From Hadesarchaea archaeon (GTDB taxonomy: Archaea > Hadarchaeota > Hadarchaeia > Hadarchaeales > Hadarchaeaceae), in contig SOKQ01000021.1 in assembly GCA_004375695.1 (NCBI GenBank), forward strand, positions 11,505 to 75,504: a stretch of 64,000 nt of DNA. Direction: 5' to 3'. Within the stretch, counting starts at the first letter, position 1. The number at the start of each line of letters is the position of its first letter. Position numbers and translations under genes: made by a program. This document shows, piece after piece, positions 38,562 through 49,040 of the stretch. A model generated the notes under the pieces. That model was not told where the DNA came from. It searched no databases and was given only the letters and a program-made list of their open reading frames with translations.

Positions 38562-39467
38562 TCACTGTTTTTTGGGTCGTGCTTCCCCATAATACTCCAC
38601 TGTTCTCCTGACCCCATCCTCAAGCTTCACGGTGGGGGCCCAAGACAATTCACGTTTCACCAAGCTTATGTCAGCTTGAGTTCGCTCGACGTAATTTTCT
38701 AGTGGATTTGGCACGTATTTGATTTTTAGCGGCTTTACTTCTTGTATCAACTTCGCCACCTCATTGAAAGACGTTTCTCTCCCGGTTCCAACGTTGAAAA
38801 CAAAAGTCCCATCCTTTCCCGCTGCAAGGACAAGTGCCCTAACAATATCATCCACATGGGTAAAATCCCTCGTCTGGGAACCATCGCCGTAAATGGTGAA
38901 TTCATCGTTAAGGATCATCTGGGTTATTACATTTGCATACTTTCCCTTCGCCCGCTCGTGGGGCCCGTAGACAGAGAAGAAGCGCATCCCTGCCGAAGAA
39001 ACGCCGTGAAGCTGGTGGTACACTCGCGCCAGGCGTTCCATCGCAAGTCGGGCCTCGGTGTAGTAGTCGAACGGCTCGGTCTGCACGTCCTCGCGATTGG
39101 GTCTCGGACAGCCACGATACATGCTCGAGCTGGATGCGTAGACGACTTTTGCTTGGTTCCGCTTGGCGAGCTCCATCACGTTCATGAAGCCACTTATCGC
39201 CTCTCCGACGAGCAGGGGGTTATCGCGGTACATGGGCGAGCTGGAGGGAATGCCAAGGTGAAAGATCAGCTCGGGTTGAAGCTTCAATTTTAGGAGCTCT
39301 GTGCAGGACCCCTGAACGGTTTTTACCCGGTCGCGAACCTTCTCCAAGTTCTCCACCGTCCCCGTCGAAAAATTATCGAGCACCGTGACATCGTCGCCCC
39401 GCCCGACAAGCGCCTCAACGAGGTTTGAGCCTATGAAGCCGGCACCGCCCGTGACGAGCACTCGCAT
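38562..39467 (-). CDS. NAD-dependent sugar epimerase/dehydratase
   Basis: TGGAGFIG, YASSS, YxxxR variant, GDGSQTRDF. Confidence 0.9.
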   Translation of the reverse strand: MRVLVTGGAGFIGSNLVEALVGRGDDVTVLDNFSTGTVENLEKVRDRVKTVQGSCTELLKLKLQPELIFHLGIPSSSPMYRDNPLLVGEAISGFMNVMELAKRNQAKVVYASSSSMYRGCPRPNREDVQTEPFDYYTEARLAMERLARVYHQLHGVSSAGMRFFSVYGPHERAKGKYANVITQMILNDEFTIYGDGSQTRDFTHVDDIVRALVLAAGKDGTFVFNVGTGRETSFNEVAKLIQEVKPLKIKYVPNPLENYVERTQADISLVKRELSWAPTVKLEDGVRRTVEYYGEARPKKQ

Positions 39468-39603
39468 TTGTGACCTCCGTTCTCCCTTCGCTTGGAACCT
39501 TATAATAATTCGGCTTTGAAATCGGTAGTTCGGTGGGTGAGGTTCGGATGTTCGCAGGCTTTGTCTATTTTAGTGTGAGTATGAAAAATAAAGAGGGGTA
39601 GAG

Positions 39604-40533
39604 ATGAAAGTTCTGGTAACTGGAGGTGCTGGTTTTATTGGTTCACATTTGGTCGACGAACTTCTAGCTAGGGGCCACTCCGTTACAGTGCTTGACGACC
39701 TCTCCAGCGGCACCATGGACAACTTGAAAACTCACACAGGCGAGCCTGCTTTCCGATTCATCCAAGGCGATATCAGGGATGCCGAAGCGGTCGAACGGGC
39801 TTTGGCGGGGGTCGATGCCGTCATCCACGAGGCGGCGATGATGAGTGTGCCCCTCTCGATCGAGGACCCGGAGCTCGCTCAGAGCGTGAACGTTGATGGG
39901 ACGCTGGCGCTGCTCAAAGCCAGCTTGGGGCATGGTGTCAAGCGATTCGTCTACGCTTCGTCCTGTGCGGTCTACGGCGAACAGGCCGAACTCCCGATAA
40001 ACGAGGATGCGCCACCCCAACCGCTTTCACCTTACGCCAGCTCGAAACTCGCGGCTGAGAAAAACTGTCTGGCCTTCCATGAGCGGGAGGGGCTGGAGAC
40101 CGTTTGCCTGCGCTATTTCAACGTATACGGGCCAAGACAAACTTTCGGTGAATATGCGGGCGTAATGATGAAATTCCTCGAATGTCTCCGCACCGACCAA
40201 CCACCGATCATTTACGGCGACGGCGAACAGACGCGGGATTTCATCTTCGTGGGTGATGTTGCCGAGGCGACCTTGCTTGCCCTCGAGCGGAAAGGCGTGG
40301 CGGGAGAGGTAATGAACATCGGAACGGGAGAGGCGACGAGCATCAACAAACTTTGCGAGGTGTTCTTGAGGTTGGTTGGTAAGAGCGAACTAAAGCCAAT
40401 CTACGAGGTTCCCCGGGGTGGCGACATCAAGCACAGTCTGGCCGATATCACGAAAGCTAGGAAGCTCCTAAGTTTCAAACCAAAGACCTCGCTCGAAGAG
40501 GGGATTAAAAAATTGCTGGGGGGCCTCGAGTGA
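39604..40533 (+). CDS. NAD-dependent sugar epimerase (GalE/WbpP-like)
   Basis: TGGAGFIG, YxxxK (YASSK), RYFNVYGP. Confidence 0.92.
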   Translation: MKVLVTGGAGFIGSHLVDELLARGHSVTVLDDLSSGTMDNLKTHTGEPAFRFIQGDIRDAEAVERALAGVDAVIHEAAMMSVPLSIEDPELAQSVNVDGTLALLKASLGHGVKRFVYASSCAVYGEQAELPINEDAPPQPLSPYASSKLAAEKNCLAFHEREGLETVCLRYFNVYGPRQTFGEYAGVMMKFLECLRTDQPPIIYGDGEQTRDFIFVGDVAEATLLALERKGVAGEVMNIGTGEATSINKLCEVFLRLVGKSELKPIYEVPRGGDIKHSLADITKARKLLSFKPKTSLEEGIKKLLGGLE

Positions 40534-41186
40534 AAGTCTGGGTAGTGATGCCAGCATACAACGAGGAGCGATCAATCGGGAGGGTGCTCGATGTTCTTAA
40601 GCGCGAGGGACGGCGCAACATCATCGTGGTGGACGACGGGTCGAGCGACCGAACCGCGGAAATCGCTCGCTCGAAGAGAGCACTTGTCATTCGTCATAAA
40701 AAGAATAGAGGGTTGGGGGCGGCGCTTCGAACTGGGCTAGCGAAGGCTCGAAAGCTGGGTGCGGACTGCGCTGTCACCTTCGACTCCGATGGGCAGCACG
40801 ACCCGAAAGCAGTCGGACTTCTAGTCAAGGCCCTAAACGACGCCGATCTCGTGATAGGGGTCCGGCGGCACTTGGGAATCCCGCTCCACAAGCGCCTCGG
40901 CAACTTCGGCCTGAACTTGATAACGTGGTTTTTCAGCGGGGTGCTTACGGACTCGCAATCTGGCTCGAGGGCTTTTAACAAGCGGGCGCTCAAGCGAATC
41001 CGTATCCGCAGCAATCGCTACGAGGTTTCGTCTGAGATTATTATTCAAGCGAGGCGGAAGGGGCTGAGGCTCCGGGAGGCGCCGGTCAAGTGTTTTTACA
41101 CCAAATACTCCAAAGCGCGAGGGACGACCATCGTCAGTGGGTTCAAGATTTTTTGGGCGCTGGTTAGGCAGGGGATGTCTAAATGA
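40530..41186 (+). CDS. GT2, polyprenol-phosphate glycosyltransferase-like
   Basis: PAYNEE, VDDGS, DSDGQH, DSQSG. Confidence 0.88.
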   Translation: MKVWVVMPAYNEERSIGRVLDVLKREGRRNIIVVDDGSSDRTAEIARSKRALVIRHKKNRGLGAALRTGLAKARKLGADCAVTFDSDGQHDPKAVGLLVKALNDADLVIGVRRHLGIPLHKRLGNFGLNLITWFFSGVLTDSQSGSRAFNKRALKRIRIRSNRYEVSSEIIIQARRKGLRLREAPVKCFYTKYSKARGTTIVSGFKIFWALVRQGMSK

Positions 41187-42355
41187 ATATACTATACATC
41201 ACAGAAATTTACCCGGATCCCAAGCGAGGAATCGGCGTATGGGGCGGGGGGGAGCGACAATTCTATGAGATTTCCCGCCGGGTGGCCGACCGCGGACATA
41301 ACGTTACAATTTTAACGTGTCGTTTCCCCGGCCAGCCTGCCGAGGAGATTGTCGATGGTATGAAGATACATCGAATCGGGCTAAGCAGGAACCCAAAGAC
41401 CGGCGGTGCACGCAAGACCGTTCTGCCTATCTTTTCCTATATTATTAAGACGGCAAGACGAGCGATGAAATTGGCCCCTGACGTGATTCACTGCAACACG
41501 TACTTTCCAGTATACCCGGGCAAAATGGCGGCACGATCGAAAGGGGGACAGCCGGTGAGCACGTGCCACCACATCTCGGGCCTGCGGGGGGGGATGGAGC
41601 GCCAGCGCTCGCTGGTGTGGGGGTTGCTGGGACACCTCGCCACGACCATCGCCGCCCGACTGCCGCACGACCGAATAATCTCCGTTTCGCCGCAGTGCAG
41701 ACAAAAGCTGATTGATCTCGGCATCCGGGAAGACAAGATCACCGTGATCCCTAACGGAGTAGACTTGAAGCTCTTCGACTCAACTCGCGTGGAGAAAGTT
41801 CCTAACCAAATCCTGTATGTGGGGCGCCTGGTGGACTTCAAGCACGTGGACTGGCTCATTCAAGCATTTTCAGAGGTTTTGAAGGAGGTGCCTAGCGCCA
41901 AGCTGAAGATAGTCGGTGGAGGTCCCGAAAGAGGCAATCTAGAGGTGCTCGTTAAGAAGCTAGGTCTCCAGGCGCACGTCACTTTTACTGGTCTTACCCC
42001 AACCTACGATGCCGTGACGCGTTACTACAACGAGTCCGAGGTCTTCGTCTTGCCCAGCACAGTTGAGGGGGAAGCCATCGTGCTTAAGGAGGCGATGGCG
42101 GCGCGTCTGCCTCTTATAGCGATGAACATCCCCGGCTCCGGTGTCTTGAGCTTGATGCGGGACGGGAAAAATGGGTTCCTGCTCGAGCCTGGGCGACCGG
42201 AGCTCATCGCTGAGAAGCTGGTTCACCTCCTGCAGAATGAAGAATTGAGGAAAGAGATGGGGGCAGCGGGCAGAAAATTTGTTGAGAAGTACGATTGGGA
42301 TGTCATTGCCGAGCGAACCCTTCAGGTGTACCAAAAGGCGATAGAGGATAGGTGA
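41183..42355 (+). CDS. Glycosyltransferase family 4
   Basis: GGGE, PNGVD, VGRL, Ex7E. Confidence 0.88.
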   Translation: MNILYITEIYPDPKRGIGVWGGGERQFYEISRRVADRGHNVTILTCRFPGQPAEEIVDGMKIHRIGLSRNPKTGGARKTVLPIFSYIIKTARRAMKLAPDVIHCNTYFPVYPGKMAARSKGGQPVSTCHHISGLRGGMERQRSLVWGLLGHLATTIAARLPHDRIISVSPQCRQKLIDLGIREDKITVIPNGVDLKLFDSTRVEKVPNQILYVGRLVDFKHVDWLIQAFSEVLKEVPSAKLKIVGGGPERGNLEVLVKKLGLQAHVTFTGLTPTYDAVTRYYNESEVFVLPSTVEGEAIVLKEAMAARLPLIAMNIPGSGVLSLMRDGKNGFLLEPGRPELIAEKLVHLLQNEELRKEMGAAGRKFVEKYDWDVIAERTLQVYQKAIEDR

Positions 42356-43155
42356 TAGAGGTGCCCCTTCTCAGTGTTATTATGTCGGTTTTTAATGGGG
42401 AGAAATATGTTAAAGAAACGGTTGAGAGCATCCTAAATCAATCGTTCCGGGATTTCGAGTTCATAATAGTGAACGATGGCTCAACAGATGGGACGCCAAG
42501 GATATTGAGAAACTTTGATGATGATAGGATAAAAATAATTGATCAGGAAAACCAAGGGCCAGCGAAGGCGCGAAACAGAGCTATAAGGGTCTCGAAAGGG
42601 AAATACATCGGGATAATAGATTGCGGAGATGTAGCCTTTAAGAAAAAAATGGAAATACAAATAAATTTTCTTGAAAGAAATAAGGAGATTTATGGTGTAG
42701 GTGCTTGGGCCAATATCGTTGATGAAGACGGAAAAATAGTTGGAGTAATGGAGCAATCTACAGAATTTAAAGATATAAAGAAAACAATCCTAAAATCTAA
42801 CACATTCATACACTCCTCTATGGTGTTTAGGAGAAAGCTGTTTGATAAAATTGGACTTTACGATGAGTCATTCAAATTCGCTCATGACTATGATCTAGTA
42901 ATAAGAGCAGTAAGAAAATTCAAAATTGTTAACATACCGCAAGTTTTATTAAACTATCGGATTTCAGAGGAAAGCATCTCTTTTCAGAAGCGAAAACAAC
43001 AGTCGTATTATGCTTTGAAAATAAGAGCACGGGCTCTGGGTCATGGTTATCCTACGTGGCAGTGCATTTATCTTATAAGACCTTTCTTTTCTTTTCTAGT
43101 ACCAGCTGATTTGAAGAATGTTATCGTGAGGAGATTTTTGTGGCGCCCTCGTTAA
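42352..43155 (+). CDS. Glycosyltransferase family 2
   Basis: SVIMSVFN, VNDGSTD, ARN, DYDL; AT-rich. Confidence 0.88.
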   Translation: MIEVPLLSVIMSVFNGEKYVKETVESILNQSFRDFEFIIVNDGSTDGTPRILRNFDDDRIKIIDQENQGPAKARNRAIRVSKGKYIGIIDCGDVAFKKKMEIQINFLERNKEIYGVGAWANIVDEDGKIVGVMEQSTEFKDIKKTILKSNTFIHSSMVFRRKLFDKIGLYDESFKFAHDYDLVIRAVRKFKIVNIPQVLLNYRISEESISFQKRKQQSYYALKIRARALGHGYPTWQCIYLIRPFFSFLVPADLKNVIVRRFLWRPR

Positions 43156-43212
43156 CGTATTTCGTTTAAGCGATATGAAACTTTATCTGATAATGCGATA
43201 AAAATGTCCACC

Positions 43213-44250
43213 TCATTTTTTCTCTTGTACCAACGCTTTATTATAAATATTCATAATTTGTCTTGCACAAATATCCCATCTGAATCTTCTTTCAACCCTT
43301 TTTCTTCCTTTTTGTCCCATTTTTCGTGCTAGGGCCTTATCAGATAGAACGGTAAGTATTTTTTGAGATAGATCATTAGAATCCCCCGTTTGAAAAAAAA
43401 GCCCAGCATCTCCCACTACCTCTGGGGGGGATCCTTGATTCGACGCTACAACGGGGATTCCGCACGCCATCGCTTCGGTTAAAACATATCCGAAGCCTTC
43501 ACAGATAGAAGTAAATGCAAAAACATTAGCAGCGGCGTAATATTCATTTATCTTTTCAGCAAACGCTGGAAAGATTACAGAGCTTCTTAATTGCGGTGAA
43601 TTCTTAACAAAAGATTTAATATTTAATTTTAATGGCCCTTCGCCCAACATAATGAACTTAGCGCTTGGGTACTTGGGCAATATTAAAGGAATGGCATTTA
43701 AAAATGTAAATGGGTCTTTCCAAGGAATAAAACGTCCGACCCAAAGCATCACTGGATTATTTTTTAATCCCAATTTTTTTCTTATGTATCTCCCTGATAT
43801 CGATGGATTGAATTTGTTCAAATCTACTCCATGGTAAACGGTATATGTTTTTATTCCATAATTCTTCTTCAACCTAGAGGCGGCAAATTGGGAAATTGAG
43901 ATTACTGCACGTGCATTTCTTGAGATTAAAGAAGTTAATTTATGCTCAATAACATGAAAAAAGTCAACTTTTTTAGATAACCCATATTCGTATTTAAGAA
44001 GATCTTTAGCCCCAACTCCATGTACTGTAAAAATATATGGAATACCAAAAAACTTATTGATGACTAGGGGTTTTAGCCCATGGCATGCATAATTCACATG
44101 TATTATATCCGCATTTTGGAATTCGCGGATAAAATGAAATGGATGCCTTAATGAAAATTGTGCAAATTTGACCGTGTGTCCCCTTTTAGTAAATTCTTTT
44201 GCGAGTTGGATAGAATATTCCCCAGGTGAATTGGTTATCACTATATTCAA
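43213..44250 (-). CDS. Glycosyltransferase family 4
   Basis: HGVD, VGR, EGFGYVLTEAMACG; AT-rich. Confidence 0.88.
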   Translation of the reverse strand: MNIVITNSPGEYSIQLAKEFTKRGHTVKFAQFSLRHPFHFIREFQNADIIHVNYACHGLKPLVINKFFGIPYIFTVHGVGAKDLLKYEYGLSKKVDFFHVIEHKLTSLISRNARAVISISQFAASRLKKNYGIKTYTVYHGVDLNKFNPSISGRYIRKKLGLKNNPVMLWVGRFIPWKDPFTFLNAIPLILPKYPSAKFIMLGEGPLKLNIKSFVKNSPQLRSSVIFPAFAEKINEYYAAANVFAFTSICEGFGYVLTEAMACGIPVVASNQGSPPEVVGDAGLFFQTGDSNDLSQKILTVLSDKALARKMGQKGRKRVERRFRWDICARQIMNIYNKALVQEKK

Positions 44251-44265
44251 ACGAAACTCCTCATG

Positions 44266-44913
44266 TTAAATTTTCTTCTTCAAAATAGCAACGAGTATTA
44301 ATGCATTAACTCGAGGAGGGAGAAGCATCCTGCAAAGATTTAGAAAAATCCTGCCTTTAAGACTCTTCGGTTTATCAACATGTCGAACATAATAAAGATT
44401 CTTAATTTTAAAGCCAAAGCGCTTCGCAAGTTCAGCTAATGTCTCACCGTTGTGCCATATTATATGCCCGGGACTCATTTTTACTTTCAAACCAAAAAGC
44501 CCTTTAGTACAAAAAGTAGCGTAGTATGCGTTTGGTGTGGATATCACTAGAACTCCATCATCTCTCAAGTGCCGGCGCATATTTTCTAGAAATAACCCCT
44601 GGTTATTTACATGCTCGATTACTTCACCTGCAACAATCACATCAAATTTTTTCTCTAAATGTATATTTTCTGCATTGCCTAGGACAACATTGTAGCCACG
44701 CGACCGCAGCCTTTTGATGTTTTTTTCATCGCAGTCCACGCCAATAACTTTCCAGGCAACACTGGCTATTCGCTCATGTAACTCTCCAGGCTTTTCAAAA
44801 TCCGCGCTATAACCTGCACAACCTACATCGAGCACTTCGCGTCCTTTACATAAAGGTAAAATGATATCCTCTCGCCTTTCAATGATTTTTTTATTGCCCT
44901 TTCGTTTGCTCAA
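44266..44913 (-). CDS. Class I SAM-dependent methyltransferase
   Basis: VLDVGC, FDVIVAGEVIEH, STPN. Confidence 0.85.
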   Translation of the reverse strand: MSKRKGNKKIIERREDIILPLCKGREVLDVGCAGYSADFEKPGELHERIASVAWKVIGVDCDEKNIKRLRSRGYNVVLGNAENIHLEKKFDVIVAGEVIEHVNNQGLFLENMRRHLRDDGVLVISTPNAYYATFCTKGLFGLKVKMSPGHIIWHNGETLAELAKRFGFKIKNLYYVRHVDKPKSLKGRIFLNLCRMLLPPRVNALILVAILKKKI

Positions 44914-45646
44914 GCTTATCAGCCTCTTTTAAAGATCCGAAAGTTCCTATGTCGTATCTTGCCCCCTTAAACAAAAAACCATAGATTGTTGCCCCATCTT
45001 CCTTCATCAGCTGTATGGAATCCGTTAGCCATATCTCGTTGTGTTTTCCAAGATTTGTTTTTTCGATATATTCAAAGACCACAGGTTTTAAAACAAGCAA
45101 TCCTGCAATACTGAGATAAATGTTCTCCATTTTGTAGGACTGCGCTTCCTCCAGCGTCGGCTTTTCGATTATCCCAAGAACCTTGTTGTTCGCATCAATT
45201 TTAACTATCCCAAATCTTCTGGGGTCCTTGACGGGGTGCAAGACAAGCGTTGCGTCAGCTCTCTTCTCTTCATGAAATTTTACTATTTCCTTCATGACCT
45301 CGTAGGGTTTGAGGTAGTTGTCCCCATAAATGACTACAAAGTCCTCATTGCCGATGAAATCCTTGCCTTGGTAAACTGCATGCGCCGTCCCCTTCAACTC
45401 CTCTTGGATCTTGTATGAAATGTCGACCCCAAGCCTCTCGCCGGAACCGAGATAATCCATAATCGCCTCTTTCTTCCGTCCAACCACGACCAGAATTTCC
45501 CCTATGCCACCGGCTTTCAAGACGTTTATTGCATGCTCGATTACCGGCTTAGTGCCGACCCTTATCATCTCCTTCGGAATCGCTAAGGTTAGAGGCCTCA
45601 ATCGCATCCCCTCGCCAGCTGCTAGGACAATCGCTCTTTTTATCAT
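44891..45646 (-). CDS. Sugar-1-phosphate nucleotidyltransferase
   Basis: LAAGEG.RLRPLT..PK, GD, EKP, DIGT. Confidence 0.9.
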   Translation of the reverse strand: MIKRAIVLAAGEGMRLRPLTLAIPKEMIRVGTKPVIEHAINVLKAGGIGEILVVVGRKKEAIMDYLGSGERLGVDISYKIQEELKGTAHAVYQGKDFIGNEDFVVIYGDNYLKPYEVMKEIVKFHEEKRADATLVLHPVKDPRRFGIVKIDANNKVLGIIEKPTLEEAQSYKMENIYLSIAGLLVLKPVVFEYIEKTNLGKHNEIWLTDSIQLMKEDGATIYGFLFKGARYDIGTFGSLKEADKLEQTKGQ

Positions 45647-45654
45647 GCAGATAC

Positions 45655-46539
45655 CTACTCTCTAACACCTCTTTCGGCTTTGATACGTTCGTTTATCTCG
45701 GTGACCGCTTTCAAGAGCTTTGGCTCACAACTCAATTTCTCAGAAAAACTGATAAACGCATCTAAATCCTTTGGAAGGCATTTGCCCCCGAAAGCTTTTC
45801 CATGGATTGTCCCGTATTTGCCGATTCGCTTGTCCATCCCGGCAACTTTGGCAACTAAGTTTGAATCAATTCCCAATCTCTGGCAAATGTAGTAGATCTC
45901 ATTCCAATAGGAGATCCGGCTGGCCAAAGCACAGTTACATGCATATTTGATCATCTCAGCCGTTTGTAGATCGGTTCGGATAATCGGAACTTTTAATGGC
46001 TCATACAATGCTTGAAGGACATCTCCGGAACGCTTGTCGAACTCCCCGATTACCACCCTATCCTCGCTGAAGAAGTCCCGGGCATATGATTTGTTGTCGG
46101 TCCAAGATCGATGAATTTCAGTAAGGAACTCCGGATTCACACACACTCCGATATCGGGGCCAACCTTCTTACCTGAGTGTTCTTCCAAAAGCGGAATAAC
46201 CACTTTTTCTGTTGTCGTGGGTAGCACAGTACTCTTAACGACCACCACGTGATAATCATTTTTTTCTTTCAGACAACGGGCTAGATTTTCAGTTACGGAT
46301 CTAATGTAAGATAAGTCAATTTTCCGATCTTTTGTGGGTGTTGGGAGGCACAAGAATGAGATATCAGACTCGCGAATAGCGTTGCTCAGCTCAGTGGTGG
46401 AATCAAGGCCTGAATTGCGAAGATTTTGAACCTTTTTTTCATCGATATCGTAGAATATCACTCGGTTTCCGAACTCTTTGAAACCCCTGCCGACGATTGT
46501 TCCCACAATACCGCTGCCGAGAATACTAATTTTCGCCAT
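45655..46539 (-). CDS. UDP-glucose/GDP-mannose dehydrogenase family, short form without C-terminal domain
   Basis: GSGIVG, KSTV, NPEFL, AEMIKY, GGKCLPKD; 294 aa. Confidence 0.85.
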   Translation of the reverse strand: MAKISILGSGIVGTIVGRGFKEFGNRVIFYDIDEKKVQNLRNSGLDSTTELSNAIRESDISFLCLPTPTKDRKIDLSYIRSVTENLARCLKEKNDYHVVVVKSTVLPTTTEKVVIPLLEEHSGKKVGPDIGVCVNPEFLTEIHRSWTDNKSYARDFFSEDRVVIGEFDKRSGDVLQALYEPLKVPIIRTDLQTAEMIKYACNCALASRISYWNEIYYICQRLGIDSNLVAKVAGMDKRIGKYGTIHGKAFGGKCLPKDLDAFISFSEKLSCEPKLLKAVTEINERIKAERGVRE

Positions 46540-46582
46540 TCGTACACCCTTGTTATCGTATCTTCTAGCTTTTAATTAAAGT

Positions 46583-46760
46583 CTATTTCCCGATAAAGTT
46601 CCCAGCAGCCTTGACCAGCCACCCAGGCATCGGCACTATCCGCGCTATGAGCTTCAGATCGTCCTTCGTCACCGCTTTTGTTGCCAGGACCCACACCCCG
46701 TAGAATAGGAGGCTCGGTATCATGACGGCAAATGCTTCACGCCAGAGTGGCAGCACTAGA
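46583..46760 (-). pseudogene. Orphan 3'-end fragment of the flippase gene (diverged direct repeat of ~47376-47553)
   Basis: Encodes ...IPSLLFYGVWVLATKAVTKDDLKLIARIVPMPGWLVKAAG, versus IPSLVFYGVWVLATKAVTKDDLRLIARIVPMPEWLVRAAG in the intact gene. Confidence 0.9.
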
Positions 46761-46849
46761 TCCTCTCCCATGATTTCCCCCACGATGTCGGGTCGAGCTT
46801 TCAGTAGATTTTATAGGCAACGGCAGACGAACAACCTTTGGTGTGGGAA

Positions 46850-47068
46850 ATGAAAAAAAGATTTAACATCGTTATCGAAAGAGACGAAGATGGATATTAC
46901 GTGGCTTCGGTGCCCGAGTTACCGGGTTGCCATACCCAAGCTAAGAGCTTAGACGAACTGACCGCGCGTATGGACGAGGCAATCAAATTGTACCTCGAAG
47001 TTGAAAAAGAGGCTATTGATGTCAGCACTGAATTTGTTGGCGTGCAGGTAGTAGAGGTATCCATCTGA
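46850..47068 (+). CDS. hicB: HicB-family antitoxin (short)
   Basis: DEDGYYVASVPELPGCHTQ...EAIKLYLE. Confidence 0.92.
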   Translation: MKKRFNIVIERDEDGYYVASVPELPGCHTQAKSLDELTARMDEAIKLYLEVEKEAIDVSTEFVGVQVVEVSI

Positions 47069-47295
47069 GACTCAAACCCCTCTCAGCAGAAAAAGTCATT
47101 AAAGTTTTAGAAAAGATCGGTTTCAAAAGAGTGAGGCAAAAGGGAAGTCATCTTTTTCTCAAACACTTGGATGGGCGAATTACTGTAGTACCGATTCATA
47201 AGGGTGAGGAAATTGGGCGCGGTTTGTTGAGGAAGATAGTCAGGGATTCCAAGCTAACTAGGGAAGAATTTCTGAAATTTATTGAGGAAGTTTAG
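47065..47295 (+). CDS. hicA: HicA-family mRNase toxin, apparent CTG start (missed by ORF track)
   Basis: Translated by hand: (M)RLKPLSAEKVIKVLEKIGFKRVRQKGSHLFLKHLDGRITVVPIHKGEEIGRGLLRKI...; GSH motif; CTGA overlap with hicB stop. Confidence 0.9.
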   Translation: MRLKPLSAEKVIKVLEKIGFKRVRQKGSHLFLKHLDGRITVVPIHKGEEIGRGLLRKIVRDSKLTREEFLKFIEEV

Positions 47296-47375
47296 CTGCG
47301 GATCCGATTTCAAGAAAAAAGCTACACGGAACGGAGATCGTCGTTTCTAAGCAATAAACGTCCATTACGAACTAG

Positions 47376-48965
47376 TCACCTCCCAACAAATCTCCCAGCA
47401 GCCCTGACCAGCCACTCGGGCATCGGCACTATCCGCGCTATGAGCCTCAGATCGTCTTTCGTCACTGCTTTTGTTGCTAGGACCCACACCCCGTAGAACA
47501 CGAGGCTCGGTATCACTACCACAAATGCCTCCGGCCAAGGTGACAGCACCAAGACGGATTTGAGTCCAAAAATGATGAGCAATGTGAGCACCCCCCCAGT
47601 TACCGTTTTGAGCAGCGATAAAGCCGGCACGGTGAATTTAACGAGCTTCCGCGCGTAATAGAACATCAGGACTAGGCCGAGCGTGTAGGCGGAGAAGGTC
47701 GCTATCGCTGCTCCTTCGATTCCATAAGTCGGGATCAACACCAGGTTTCCCGCTAGGTTCAGCCCGGCCATCAGGGCAACGACTTTTGTGTTGATAATCG
47801 GCTTGCCTATCCCATTTATGGTGCTCACGAGGATGGCGTATAGCATGTAAACGATTGCGGCCCCGGCGAGAATCTGGAGAACCGTTGTCCCGGCCAAGTA
47901 TCTCGAGCCGAACAGCAGGTTGATAACTATGTCTGGAAACGCTATGAAGACGAGCGCCGCCGGGATGATTAAAATAAATGAAAATTTGATCAGAAAGTGT
48001 AGCGCGTTCCTCAAGAGTTTCCGCTCGCGCCTCGCCCAGAGCTCGGATATCATCGGAAAGAGAACGACCACCAAGGGGGTCACGAGGTACCACAGGATGC
48101 GAGCGGCCGGCTGCGCGGTCTGGTAGAAGCCGACCTGTTTCGAGGACCAAAAACCGGCGATCATCAGGGTATCCGTGTAGCCGATGATAAGTCCCCCAAG
48201 TCCACCGATGAAAACCGGCAGCGCAAACACGAACAGCTTTTTGATCAGTGATTTTGTAATCTGGACTTTTTCCTTGATGACTCGGGGATAGCCCCTCCAG
48301 AAGAGGAAAAACCCGAGAACCGCCACGACCGATAAAGCGAGCATATAGGCGTAAGCGGCTCCCTCGATACCGATACCGAACAGGCCGACGAGGAGGATCG
48401 CCGAGAGTAAAACGAAGAATATTTCAAAGAAACTCATCAACGCATACGCCGGCATGTTCTGAAAGCCCTGAAATGTCCACCTGAAAGTGAAGGAAAAAAT
48501 CGCCACGAAGAACCAGATGCTCAAAATTTTGACCACGAGCGACGCATTTGCCATCCCGACAATAGCCAGATCGGCAGGGCTGGAAAATGCGAGGACAATC
48601 TGATCGGAAAATACGAACAACATCACTGCGACCAAAAACGCGAGGATTGCCTGGAAGAGCAGGATAAATGTCATGGACGATTTTATTCTGCCGTACTGCC
48701 CCCTGAGCTTGAACTCGGGGATGTGCTTCACCACGGCCGAACCCAGGCCAAAATCACGGAAGAGCGCGAAGAAGGAGACCAACGCGATGGCCGTGTAAAA
48801 AAAGCCGTACTCTTCAACGCTGAACGAACGTGCGAGGAACATTCGCAGCAGGAACGCTATGAAGCCCGATGCGATGAGCGCCACGAAAACTATGGCACTG
48901 CCCTTGACCAGGCGCCTAGCGTAGCTTTTGGGGTCGGGCATTTCATCCTCCTCGAACGGTTCCAC
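47376..48965 (-). CDS. Oligosaccharide flippase (Wzx/AglR-like, MOP superfamily)
   Basis: Many TM helices; DFGL, DTLM, GFY..A and N..LIP.YGI.GAAIAT motifs; inside a glycosylation locus. Confidence 0.9.
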   Translation of the reverse strand: MEPFEEDEMPDPKSYARRLVKGSAIVFVALIASGFIAFLLRMFLARSFSVEEYGFFYTAIALVSFFALFRDFGLGSAVVKHIPEFKLRGQYGRIKSSMTFILLFQAILAFLVAVMLFVFSDQIVLAFSSPADLAIVGMANASLVVKILSIWFFVAIFSFTFRWTFQGFQNMPAYALMSFFEIFFVLLSAILLVGLFGIGIEGAAYAYMLALSVVAVLGFFLFWRGYPRVIKEKVQITKSLIKKLFVFALPVFIGGLGGLIIGYTDTLMIAGFWSSKQVGFYQTAQPAARILWYLVTPLVVVLFPMISELWARRERKLLRNALHFLIKFSFILIIPAALVFIAFPDIVINLLFGSRYLAGTTVLQILAGAAIVYMLYAILVSTINGIGKPIINTKVVALMAGLNLAGNLVLIPTYGIEGAAIATFSAYTLGLVLMFYYARKLVKFTVPALSLLKTVTGGVLTLLIIFGLKSVLVLSPWPEAFVVVIPSLVFYGVWVLATKAVTKDDLRLIARIVPMPEWLVRAAGRFVGR

Positions 48966-49040
48966 CGTGATATCTGCCTAAATCATTAAAAATAGTGAGC
49001 CCGAGGGATTCATCTAAGCGGGAAACAGGCAATCAAGCTT

